DNA of 64,000 bases from Bacteriovoracaceae bacterium. GTDB lineage: Bacteria; Bdellovibrionota; Bacteriovoracia; Bacteriovoracales; Bacteriovoracaceae. The notes beneath the pieces are model-generated. The model was not told the origin of the DNA and did not search any database. It was given only the letters and a program-made list of their open reading frames with translations. The stretch is from positions 1 to 64,000 of the forward strand of contig JABIHA010000069.1 in the NCBI GenBank assembly GCA_018649885.1, read 5' to 3'. The translations under genes were made by a program, and so were the position numbers. Positions 1-8,128 of this stretch are shown here, in pieces. The stretch's first letter is position 1. Each line of letters begins with the position of its first letter.

Positions 1-136
1 AATTAGGATTTATTGACGATATAGAATATAAATTCACATCGGGAGAAAGCCCCTTTAACTTCCGAGTAGTTAAGAAAAACACATAGTGTAAAGTATGTGT
101 CGCTAATAAATAGTAAAGTATGTCTCGGAAAGTTCA
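1..136 (+). mobile_element. Right end of a probable IS481-family insertion sequence (transposase C-terminus <3..86 plus terminal repeats)
   Basis: Frame 3 reads LGFIDDIEYKFTSGESPFNFRVVKKNT* (stop at 84-86), like the LG(Y/F)xD...PF tail of IS481 transposases. It is followed by two repeats, TGTAAAGTATGTGTCG (87-102) and AGTAAAGTATGTCTCG (112-127), 25 bp apart and ending ...GTTCA (136). Confidence 0.6.
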
Positions 137-150
137 TGAATCAAACCAAT

Positions 151-200
151 CGGCGAGGGCGAAGGCGAGGTATAACGGCAAGGTCTACGGCAAGACGGAA
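151..200. repeat. Degenerate hexamer-periodic tract
   Basis: CGGCGA GGGCGA AGGCGA GGTATA ACGGCA AGGTCT ACGGCA AGACGG; overlaps the stop of the 185..1405 gene. Confidence 0.6.
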
Positions 201-1405
201 ACATATTTTACTTTGATTGATTTTACATGATAGTCACTACTATCATTTTTTCTGCTCTCAGGATCTTCATATGGAAGAGCAGTAAAAATGAGATATTTAG
301 CATTTAAACCTGAAAGTTTTAAAAGGCCTTTGTCATTTGAGTGACCATAGTCGAGTGAAGAGCGGTCAATCACCCCTTTTTCAATGAGGAGACCTTGAGA
401 GTTAAGTGCGTAGTAGTAGGCCCGCTCTCCACTTCCTTCACTTTTAAATAAACGAGATATTTGTACTTCTATATCGAGAGTATTACCAGGTAACTCAAAT
501 GCGATTGCTTCAGTTTCCAAAGTGTCTGGGTGATGGTTTATTTGGTCATTGACTGGAATATTGTCGTGGGATTCAACCCCTAGGCCATCATTTTTATAGG
601 TGAGCTCTCCGGTATTAGTCGAAATATCGATTTGAGTCAGCAGTGGAGTCTTTGGAGTGATACCCAGTTCTCCAAAATTAAATGCCTTGGGTGCTATTTC
701 CGAGAAACCAAGATCTTTTGCATAGTATTCAACTTTAAACTCTGCTCGACATCCATGGTCTACATAAATACTGAGCTTGTCCTCAAGTATTCCGTATGAA
801 CTATTTTTAGTACATGAACTATGTGAGCGCTTCTTTTTAACGCTTATTTTTGTGATTTCATAATTAGGATCTGTAAGTACCCCACATTCAGCGTACTGAT
901 AATTCCAAGAGTCGCAATCGATGTAGGTCGATTTTTTCTTTTTATCTAACTCAAATTCCTTAGTCACAATATTGGTGCCAAAAGTAACTTTAAAAATTGC
1001 CCTACATCCTTTGTCTACATATATGCTGTCGCTATCGACTATACCGAATGAAACATCTTGATCACAAGAACTGTTAGATCTTTTATCAACAACTTCAACA
1101 CTTAAAATTTCTCCAGAAATCATCGAAGATAGATCACATTTTTTGTATTGGTAACGGAAGGAATCACAATCAACTTCTATACTTTGAGTTGTGATCAGCT
1201 GGACAGGATCAATATCACTGTCTTCTGTAATATCCTCAGTCTCTTCTTCACTTTCAATGGGGGCAGAAGTTGGTGCTTCAGGATCAGTAGGATTATCAGT
1301 GCTGGGGCTACTACTGGCGCCCGCTGCTGCTGAGTCAACATTGTTTTTTCCACAAGATGTTAAAATTAAAGTGAAAATGATTAAAGTGGTGATTTGTATT
1401 TTCAA
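185..1405 (-). CDS. Lipoprotein with two DUF3011-like Cys-rich repeats
   Basis: Lipobox LTSC; acidic Ser/Pro linker; two repeats CDS..YQY..C...KRS.SSC...S(F/Y)GI....IYVD.GCRA.F.V; TTG start with GGAGAGG RBS. Confidence 0.75.
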   Translation of the reverse strand: MKIQITTLIIFTLILTSCGKNNVDSAAAGASSSPSTDNPTDPEAPTSAPIESEEETEDITEDSDIDPVQLITTQSIEVDCDSFRYQYKKCDLSSMISGEILSVEVVDKRSNSSCDQDVSFGIVDSDSIYVDKGCRAIFKVTFGTNIVTKEFELDKKKKSTYIDCDSWNYQYAECGVLTDPNYEITKISVKKKRSHSSCTKNSSYGILEDKLSIYVDHGCRAEFKVEYYAKDLGFSEIAPKAFNFGELGITPKTPLLTQIDISTNTGELTYKNDGLGVESHDNIPVNDQINHHPDTLETEAIAFELPGNTLDIEVQISRLFKSEGSGERAYYYALNSQGLLIEKGVIDRSSLDYGHSNDKGLLKLSGLNAKYLIFTALPYEDPESRKNDSSDYHVKSIKVKYVSVLP

Positions 1406-1451
1406 GGCAACCTCTCCGTGGTTATGATTCCTTCATGGCACGTCACTAAAG

Positions 1452-1468
1452 AGCAAGTGCAGTGCCAA
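1452..1468 (-). promoter_or_regulatory. sigma54 (-24/-12) promoter
   Basis: Minus strand TTGGCAC-TGCAC-TTGCT, a consensus match, 47 bp upstream of the lipoprotein start. Confidence 0.8.
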
Positions 1469-1530
1469 GTTAAATGATCTAATTTCGGGAGTTTAGCTGT
1501 GTGTTGGTGTCAGAATATTGGAGCAGATGA

Positions 1531-2370
1531 GTGGAAATAGATCAAATATTAAACAGTTTGGAAGATCAGCTTTCACTTAAAACTAAACAAATCAACTCTA
1601 TTTCAGGAGGAGATATCAATCAGGCCTTCAAGATTCAGTGTGAGGACGGCAGTAAATTCTTTGTAAAAGCTAACATACGTGGGATTAAAGGCATGTTTGA
1701 AGCTGAGGCCAAAGGCCTTGAGCTTTTGTCAGCTCAGTTTGGTGAGGTGATCACGCCTCGGGTGCTAGGTTTTAGCGACTGGTTTCTGGCATTAGAATAC
1801 TTAAATGGCGATCCTTTTAGTGATGCCTCTTGGGCCGAATTGGGAGAGAAGCTTGCTGTACTACATCTCAATTTTTCAAATCGTTTCGGATTAGAGTTTT
1901 CCAATTTCATTGGGTCCAACCCGCAACCCAATAGGTGGAGTGATAATTGGGGCGAGTTTTTTTACCTTGATAGGCTGATGTTTCAGGTCGAAAATTTAGG
2001 AAGTGATAGTCTGAAGGATCTACTGGAGTCTAAGCGGGATAAAATTATTGAGCTTTTGTCAGAGCATCACCCTAAACCCTCTCTTGTGCATGGTGATCTA
2101 TGGAGCGGGAATATACATTTGTGTTCAGGTTGCACATACCTTATTGATCCTGCAATTTACTACGCCGATAGGGAAGTTGACTTGGCAATGAGTGAGTTGT
2201 TCGGTGGATTTCCATCAATTTTCTACCAAAGTTATTTTGAGCTTTTTCCAAAGTGCTCAGGATATGAAAAGAGAAAAAATATTTACAATCTCTATCATAT
2301 CCTAAATCACGCGAGCCTTTTTGGGGGGGCCTACCAGGGGCAGTCCATCCAAATGTTGAATGATATTTAA
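1531..2370 (+). CDS. Fructosamine/ketosamine-3-kinase family protein
   Basis: SGGDIN, FEAEAKGL, PSLVHGDLWSGN, IDPA.YYADREVDLAM and LYHILNH motifs. Confidence 0.92.
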   Translation: MEIDQILNSLEDQLSLKTKQINSISGGDINQAFKIQCEDGSKFFVKANIRGIKGMFEAEAKGLELLSAQFGEVITPRVLGFSDWFLALEYLNGDPFSDASWAELGEKLAVLHLNFSNRFGLEFSNFIGSNPQPNRWSDNWGEFFYLDRLMFQVENLGSDSLKDLLESKRDKIIELLSEHHPKPSLVHGDLWSGNIHLCSGCTYLIDPAIYYADREVDLAMSELFGGFPSIFYQSYFELFPKCSGYEKRKNIYNLYHILNHASLFGGAYQGQSIQMLNDI

Positions 2371-3131
2371 ATAGATTTTGGCAGCGACTCCTTGAGCTGA
2401 AAAATCCCAAATTCTGCATCGGCCTTTTTATCAGAGTCTTGTGATATTTGATTTTCAAATACACTGATAACCTGATCAAAATTGTCTTGGGCCCCAGGAG
2501 TACCTTCCATTATTTCTGCAATGGCAACAAGGCCAAAACCTAAAATTACCGCGAAGCCGGCATCTACGCACAAGCTGTCAGGCTGAGATTTTGTTCTGGC
2601 ATCTTCTTTTGCATAATCAAGTGATTTTTTTAAATCTTCTTTTGCCTGGGGTACCTGTTTCAGCGATAGATAGTGCTTACCCCTTAGCCAATACGCCATG
2701 GAAAAAGGTGCAGGACCTTTATCAAGTTCTTCTCTTAATTTTATAGCACGACAGGCCAGCTCGACGCCCTTTTCAAAGAAAGTATCGTTTCTTTCGATTC
2801 CATCATCCCAACAATCACATAGATTGGCGCCAAGGTTGTAACAAAGAATATTGGCACGATCCTTGTAAGTCTTTTCAATTTCACTATCACTACTGGCAAT
2901 TTTTAGCATAGATTCTATTCCGGCTTCGCCAACGGTAATTGCTGTATTTAGATCTCGTCCACTCCAGTCTCTTTGGGCGAGGGTTTGATTTGAAAAGCGA
3001 TATAGTGACCACCTCATATTAAAGTCTTTTTCCTCTTCACAAAGGGATATTACGCTCTGGGCACCCTCCGTCTCTGCTAGTTTTTTAATTTTTGGCCAAT
3101 ATGTCTCAAGGGTTTCTCTGCTGACGCTCAT
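2367..3131 (-). CDS. Hypothetical alpha-helical (TPR-like) protein
   Basis: Likely start MSVSRET at 3131 with AGGAG RBS; the longer ORF call only overlaps the divergent gene. Confidence 0.65.
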   Translation of the reverse strand: MSVSRETLETYWPKIKKLAETEGAQSVISLCEEEKDFNMRWSLYRFSNQTLAQRDWSGRDLNTAITVGEAGIESMLKIASSDSEIEKTYKDRANILCYNLGANLCDCWDDGIERNDTFFEKGVELACRAIKLREELDKGPAPFSMAYWLRGKHYLSLKQVPQAKEDLKKSLDYAKEDARTKSQPDSLCVDAGFAVILGFGLVAIAEIMEGTPGAQDNFDQVISVFENQISQDSDKKADAEFGIFQLKESLPKSI

Positions 3132-3216
3132 TATTATCTCCTGGGCTGTTGTGTTTGCTAAAAACGTAACTATAATTAACACCAGGTCATATGAAAAAAA
3201 AGAGACATTACGGGAC

Positions 3217-4455
3217 ATGAAAACAGCTGAGAGCTTTCCTATAAATATTACATTCTTAGAAAATCGCATATGTGAGCTTGATCTCAAACAGTGGTGGGTG
3301 GCCGAAAATATTGGTGTGGATAGAAAAACCCTGGCGAGATGGTTGTCCGGCAAAGTTAAGAATATAAAAAGAGATAACTTACTGGCCCTGGCCCATACCC
3401 TTGAATGTGAAATTGATGATCTTATATTAAAATCAGACACCCTGGTGGTCTCTAGTAGAGCAGAACAAAGTGAAGCGGCAAAAAGGATTGTTGAGGACAA
3501 GTTGTTAGAAATCTTAACTCCCTCAGGAGACTGGCCGTTATTAGAAAGCATTGTGAAATCGACTATGGAGCCAGGTTTATCTAAGCACTTGCTAGGAAAG
3601 TTATATAATTATTTAAGCATATGTTCGTGGAGGCAAGATCGACTAGAGAAGGCCTTCGACTACGCCATGCAGGCCTTGGAAATTGGTGAGAAAATTAACT
3701 CCCCAGTAGTGGTCTATGCGGCCCGCTCAAACCTAGGAATTATTCACCATTACCGCGCCGAGCTTGAGAAGGCACGCGGTCACTACCTAGAATGCATTGA
3801 TCATGATAAATATTTTGAAAGTCCGAAAATTAAGGGTAGTTCTCTTTCCAATTTGGCCATGCTCTATTGTGATCTAGGCGAATATAAATTATCAATTGAA
3901 ACACAAAAAAAATCCATTGAAGTCTTCGAAACACTGGGTTTACCTCTCAATCTTAGTATCGCCCATTGCGCTATGGGGCTTACCTTAGAGCAGTTGGGCT
4001 CCTGGGAGCAGGCCTTAGCAGAATTTGTTCTCAGTGGTGAGCTGGCAACTAGTTGTGGGTATAAAAGAGGTGTGGCGGCGGGGTTACTCTATCGCTGTAC
4101 ATCTTTGTATCACCTTGACCTGAAAGTAGAGGCCTTAGACTATCTTGGTCAGGGGATAGCTGAATATCAAAAATTAAATATTGAAGAGGCCTTAAACTAT
4201 AGTTTTGGCATGAAAATTTATGGCCTAGAAGGCAACTCTGAGAAATTCGATGAGCTATTTGTCCGGGCCCGCCCACTGGCGGATGACTATCCCTTAGAAA
4301 GAGCAGGTCTATTTAAAATTGCAAGAATTGAATACCGTAAGAGGGGACAAAATCAGAAGGCCCGTGACTATGCTTTAAAAGAAATGGAAATTTACAAAGA
4401 AGCTGGAGCTGTGAAAAGGCAAAGGGAATTAGAGATATGGTTGTCAAAATACTAG
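3217..4455 (+). CDS. XRE-family HTH regulator with C-terminal TPR repeats
   Basis: N-terminal QWWVAENIGVDRKTLARWLSG HTH, then TPR-like repeats (SNLGIIHH, SNLAMLYC, CAMGLTLE). Confidence 0.8.
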   Translation: MKTAESFPINITFLENRICELDLKQWWVAENIGVDRKTLARWLSGKVKNIKRDNLLALAHTLECEIDDLILKSDTLVVSSRAEQSEAAKRIVEDKLLEILTPSGDWPLLESIVKSTMEPGLSKHLLGKLYNYLSICSWRQDRLEKAFDYAMQALEIGEKINSPVVVYAARSNLGIIHHYRAELEKARGHYLECIDHDKYFESPKIKGSSLSNLAMLYCDLGEYKLSIETQKKSIEVFETLGLPLNLSIAHCAMGLTLEQLGSWEQALAEFVLSGELATSCGYKRGVAAGLLYRCTSLYHLDLKVEALDYLGQGIAEYQKLNIEEALNYSFGMKIYGLEGNSEKFDELFVRARPLADDYPLERAGLFKIARIEYRKRGQNQKARDYALKEMEIYKEAGAVKRQRELEIWLSKY

Positions 4456-4982
4456 TAGCACTTTTTTTATTTGGAAATTGTTTTGCAGCTCCCCTGAGTG
4501 AGCAAGAAAAAAAATACTATAAAAAGAAGGGCAGAGTTGTACTGGTTAAATATAGAGATGAGCTTGGGCTCGCTTTGAAACAGTCTGTTCAAAATGGATT
4601 TGTTAAAGGTGTGCGCTCTTGTCGTGCGAAGAAAACTTCGGTTGAGCAGAACTGGAGAAAACTTGGATATAAAATAGGCAGGACATCTCATAAGCTTCGA
4701 AATCCCAAAAATGTGGCCCCAAACTGGGTGGCACCGTTCATATCAAAGTACCAAGAAAGCAGCGCGAAAAAAAAGATGCCTATTTCTGTTGTGTCTCTAG
4801 ATGTCGACAGGGCAGGAGTTATTGCTCCAATATACACCAAAAAGATGTGTGTACACTGCCATGGAGTAAACATCAGTCAGGGTGTGAAGTCAGAAATAAG
4901 AAAATATTACCCCAAAGACCAGGCCACAGGTTTTACTGTGGGTGATCTTAGGGGTCTTTTTTGGCTAGAGCTAAAAAGATAG
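4437..4982 (+). CDS. DUF3365/Tll0287-like c-type heme protein
   Basis: Signal peptide; RTSHKLRNPKN, CVHCH heme motif, YPKDQATGF..GDLRG. Confidence 0.85.
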   Translation: MVVKILVALFLFGNCFAAPLSEQEKKYYKKKGRVVLVKYRDELGLALKQSVQNGFVKGVRSCRAKKTSVEQNWRKLGYKIGRTSHKLRNPKNVAPNWVAPFISKYQESSAKKKMPISVVSLDVDRAGVIAPIYTKKMCVHCHGVNISQGVKSEIRKYYPKDQATGFTVGDLRGLFWLELKR

Positions 4983-4985
4983 CTA

Positions 4986-5357
4986 TTAACCCACTCCGCG
5001 GTGTCTTTCAAAATCCTCAGCTACTGCTAGGCAGTATCTGGCCCAAGGCTTGCTTTTGAGTCTTCCCGATTCAATGGGATCACCTGACTCTTCACAAAAA
5101 CCATAAGAACCATTTTGGATTTTGTTCAACGCGTGCTCGATTTCTCTAAGCTTGTAGACTTCTCTTTCACGCATTTGGATACCGTACTGCTGGTCAATGT
5201 GACTTTGTGCCACATCTCCCTCTTCTGACATCTGATCGCTCTCTGCACGCAAATCATTCATGTCGTCATTTTGAATGTAATTCATAATCCGTGTCTTCTG
5301 TGTGAGTAACCTTTTTCGCTGCAATTCGAAAAACGTCTCGTCAAATTCCATGGTCAT
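4986..5357 (-). CDS. dksA: DksA/TraR family RNA-polymerase-binding factor
   Basis: Coiled coil with EEGDVA tip; ALNKIQNGSYGFCEESGDPI..RL...PWARYC. Confidence 0.85.
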   Translation of the reverse strand: MTMEFDETFFELQRKRLLTQKTRIMNYIQNDDMNDLRAESDQMSEEGDVAQSHIDQQYGIQMREREVYKLREIEHALNKIQNGSYGFCEESGDPIESGRLKSKPWARYCLAVAEDFERHRGVG

Positions 5358-5623
5358 AAGCCCTCCATGTGACCAAACAATTAATTGGAGTCAATTAAAA
5401 ATAAAATTAACAAATCAAACCTGTATTAAAGAGTAAAATGATTCTTACTCATGGCATGTGGCTTTTCAAGTGTTGTGAAGTTTTAAAAAAATTGGGTTGA
5501 GAGAGAAAACAAAGGAAAGCCCCTATATCAAAGGAGATGGAAGGTTTTCCCCAAAACCTTTCAAATTCTATCACTTAAAATATATGGTTTTCGTTAACGG
5601 GTTCCTCTTCTATGCTTGTATAT

Positions 5624-5710
5624 AGACATCAAAATGTCTTGGTGAGATATCTTAATAAGATCTTTCACTCATTCCTCGAATTGGGGGAACGCCTTTTCCC
5701 CCAATTTTTT
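5624..5710 (+). ncRNA. Candidate three-hairpin small RNA (or attenuator) ending in an intrinsic terminator
   Basis: Hairpins at 5624-5639 and 5642-5668, linker TCATTCCTC, perfect 11-bp stem 5679-5689/5696-5706 plus T run; TATGCT -10-like box at 5611-5616. Confidence 0.5.
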
Positions 5711-5748
5711 ATTCCCCAGAAGTGACACTCAGTATAGTATTTATAGAT

Positions 5749-6747
5749 ATGGATAATTATCAAAAAGTTAATAATATTTGCCTAATGACTATTGCAGCGA
5801 CCGCCTTTACAGCTGCTTTAATTTATACCAAGTCTGTTCTTATACCCTTTACCATTTCACTTTTTCTTTTCGCTATCCTGGCACCATTTTTTACCTTTTT
5901 ACAAAGGCGTGCAAAAGTTCCCAGGGCCTTGGCGCTCGTTGTGACATTTTTAATTTTCATAGGGGTGACATCACTTCTAAGCCTTTTAATTGTCAATTCT
6001 CTTGGAGACTTTATTGAAGGTGCCGGAGTCTATAGAGATAGGATTGTACAGGTTATGGAGTGGGGGGCAGCTCTGCTTAGTAAGTATGGGGTCACACTAG
6101 ATACGGCAACTTTAAAAAAAGAGCTAATGAATCTTCCTATTTTTACTATTGTCAAAAATTTTACAGGAGGTCTTTTTGGTATCGCCACAAATACTTTCCT
6201 TGTTGTAATCTTCACACTATTTTTACTACTTGGTGAAAGATCAAAACTAAAACAAGATTCGATTCTCATCCCAATTCAACAAAATATTTCAAGATATGTG
6301 GCCACTAAAGTTTTAACTTCCCTCGCCACTGGGCTCATTGTGGGAGTGACTCTGTTAATTTTAGATGTTGAATTGGCCTTAATGTTTGGACTGATTACTA
6401 TACTTCTTAATTTCATTCCAAGTGTGGGATCTATATTTGCGACCATTCTTCCTCTCCCCATCATTTTATTGCAGTTTGGACTGGGCTTTAAATTTTATTT
6501 AGCGATTGCTATTATGGGCGTGGTTCAAATAATTATTGGCAATATTGTTGAGCCTAAGCTTATGGGTGAGGGCCTAGGTCTTCATCCTATTACGCTTCTC
6601 GTTTTTCTCATCTTTTGGGGTCTGGTATGGGGGATTCCAGGAATGTTTTTAGCTGTTCCCATCACATCAATTTTAAAAATCATCTTGAGCAAAATGGAAA
6701 ATACAAAAGCTCTGGCCGAATTATTTGCTGGCAATATCTCGATATAA
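5749..6747 (+). CDS. AI-2E family transporter
   Basis: Multi-TM protein; LNFIPSVGS, GNIVEPKLMG..LGLHP, FWGLVWGIPGMFLAVP. Confidence 0.92.
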   Translation: MDNYQKVNNICLMTIAATAFTAALIYTKSVLIPFTISLFLFAILAPFFTFLQRRAKVPRALALVVTFLIFIGVTSLLSLLIVNSLGDFIEGAGVYRDRIVQVMEWGAALLSKYGVTLDTATLKKELMNLPIFTIVKNFTGGLFGIATNTFLVVIFTLFLLLGERSKLKQDSILIPIQQNISRYVATKVLTSLATGLIVGVTLLILDVELALMFGLITILLNFIPSVGSIFATILPLPIILLQFGLGFKFYLAIAIMGVVQIIIGNIVEPKLMGEGLGLHPITLLVFLIFWGLVWGIPGMFLAVPITSILKIILSKMENTKALAELFAGNISI

Positions 6748-6753
6748 GAAGTG

Positions 6754-8046
6754 CTATGCCACTTTTTTTAGATGGCCGCCCTGTCTTTTTTTACTGCCTT
6801 TGACCAAGTCATCATACTTCCCTTGTACCCGCGCCATATTTTTAAATAGGCCTGGGTAGAAGTTTTGATAACAAACATGAATGAGGCCCTTGCAACCAAT
6901 GCCTAGGATCAAATTTCTTATGGCCATGGCATCATGATTATCAATCCTATTGATGTCATTGTGAGCAATTACTCCTCTCATATTACTGACTTGATTATCT
7001 TCTAGTAATTTGGGGAGCTGGTCTGTAAAGAACTTAATAAAGAATTTGTGGCCTTGAAATGCTTTATGGAAGGCCATATTATTTGTTTTTACGCACCTTT
7101 GTACAAGGTACATCAGTTGCGTTATAGAATAATTTCTTTGAAATTGGCTGAGAGGAACCACATCTGGCTCACGGTTATCAAGGTATAGCTTTGGCGGCAT
7201 TACTGTTGGTTTTACAAAAAAGTAATCTGCCTGTCCTTCACGTTTAAGAGTGTGAATAATTAAGTCATTGATGATAATTTCAAAGGCCTTAATATAATTA
7301 AATGAAAGCTTTGCTAAGTTATGTCCTCTTTGCTCAAGGACATCAAGCTCAGCTGTTTCAAGTTCTAATTTTGCTGAATGTGGAATCTTGGCGTACATGG
7401 CCTCAGGGAAAATATATGTATTGAGCGCATTTCTAACTCTAGAAAATCCAGTATTTGTAATAGCCGGATTTGGTCTAAATAGCAGGTGAGTTGGACCATC
7501 TTCATCAATTTGGTCAAAATATTGCTCTTCAGATTTATCTTGAACAAATATAGGGAATCTAACTCCAGAAGTGAAAGGGCTGAGTCCACCTATTTTTAAA
7601 TCCATATGATCATTGTCAATATAGAGCTCTGCTAGCTTTTTAGCACACCCTTCTGAGGTATGTTCAAGCAGTGAAAAATCTGAAATCTTAAACCACATTT
7701 CTACTTTTTTATCCTTGTAAAAGGGTAGTGTTTTAAAATCATCCTCTATCTCAGCGCAAACAGATTCAACCTTACCCACCCAAATATTTTGAAAATCGGT
7801 AATAAATAGATGGGTACTGCAATTGGTTTCTTGATTTTTAGTAATGGTACTTTGAAATTTATCCAGATCAATATTGGCCTCTCTGAAGTTACCAATCATT
7901 CGTCCCCAATAGGCGTGGCCGTCGATATTTTCTTTTTTCTCTGTCTTTAGGTACTCGTAAAATTCATGACATTGGGTCATGCCTTTTTCAAGGTTATCAT
8001 TTAAGACTGGATTGAAAGTTAGATAGAAGTGAATTGGAGCAGTCAA
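6754..8046 (-). CDS. HP0729-like hypothetical protein with putative C-terminal HEPN motif
   Basis: 430-aa ORF; N-terminal YWGR...HLFITDFQNIWVGKV beta-rich region; C-terminal RGVIAH (Rx4H) in a helical region. Confidence 0.55.
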   Translation of the reverse strand: MTAPIHFYLTFNPVLNDNLEKGMTQCHEFYEYLKTEKKENIDGHAYWGRMIGNFREANIDLDKFQSTITKNQETNCSTHLFITDFQNIWVGKVESVCAEIEDDFKTLPFYKDKKVEMWFKISDFSLLEHTSEGCAKKLAELYIDNDHMDLKIGGLSPFTSGVRFPIFVQDKSEEQYFDQIDEDGPTHLLFRPNPAITNTGFSRVRNALNTYIFPEAMYAKIPHSAKLELETAELDVLEQRGHNLAKLSFNYIKAFEIIINDLIIHTLKREGQADYFFVKPTVMPPKLYLDNREPDVVPLSQFQRNYSITQLMYLVQRCVKTNNMAFHKAFQGHKFFIKFFTDQLPKLLEDNQVSNMRGVIAHNDINRIDNHDAMAIRNLILGIGCKGLIHVCYQNFYPGLFKNMARVQGKYDDLVKGSKKRQGGHLKKVA

Positions 8047-8128
8047 AATCGAGATCCTTTGTTTGAAACCATAGTATTCATCGGAGTTTAGTAAGATCTT
8101 CTTGAATATGAAAAGAAGAGGGAAAAAC

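Noticed and set aside
3132..3551. N-terminal extension of ORF 2367..3551
   Set aside because: Antisense to the XRE-TPR gene; a good RBS supports the 3131 start.
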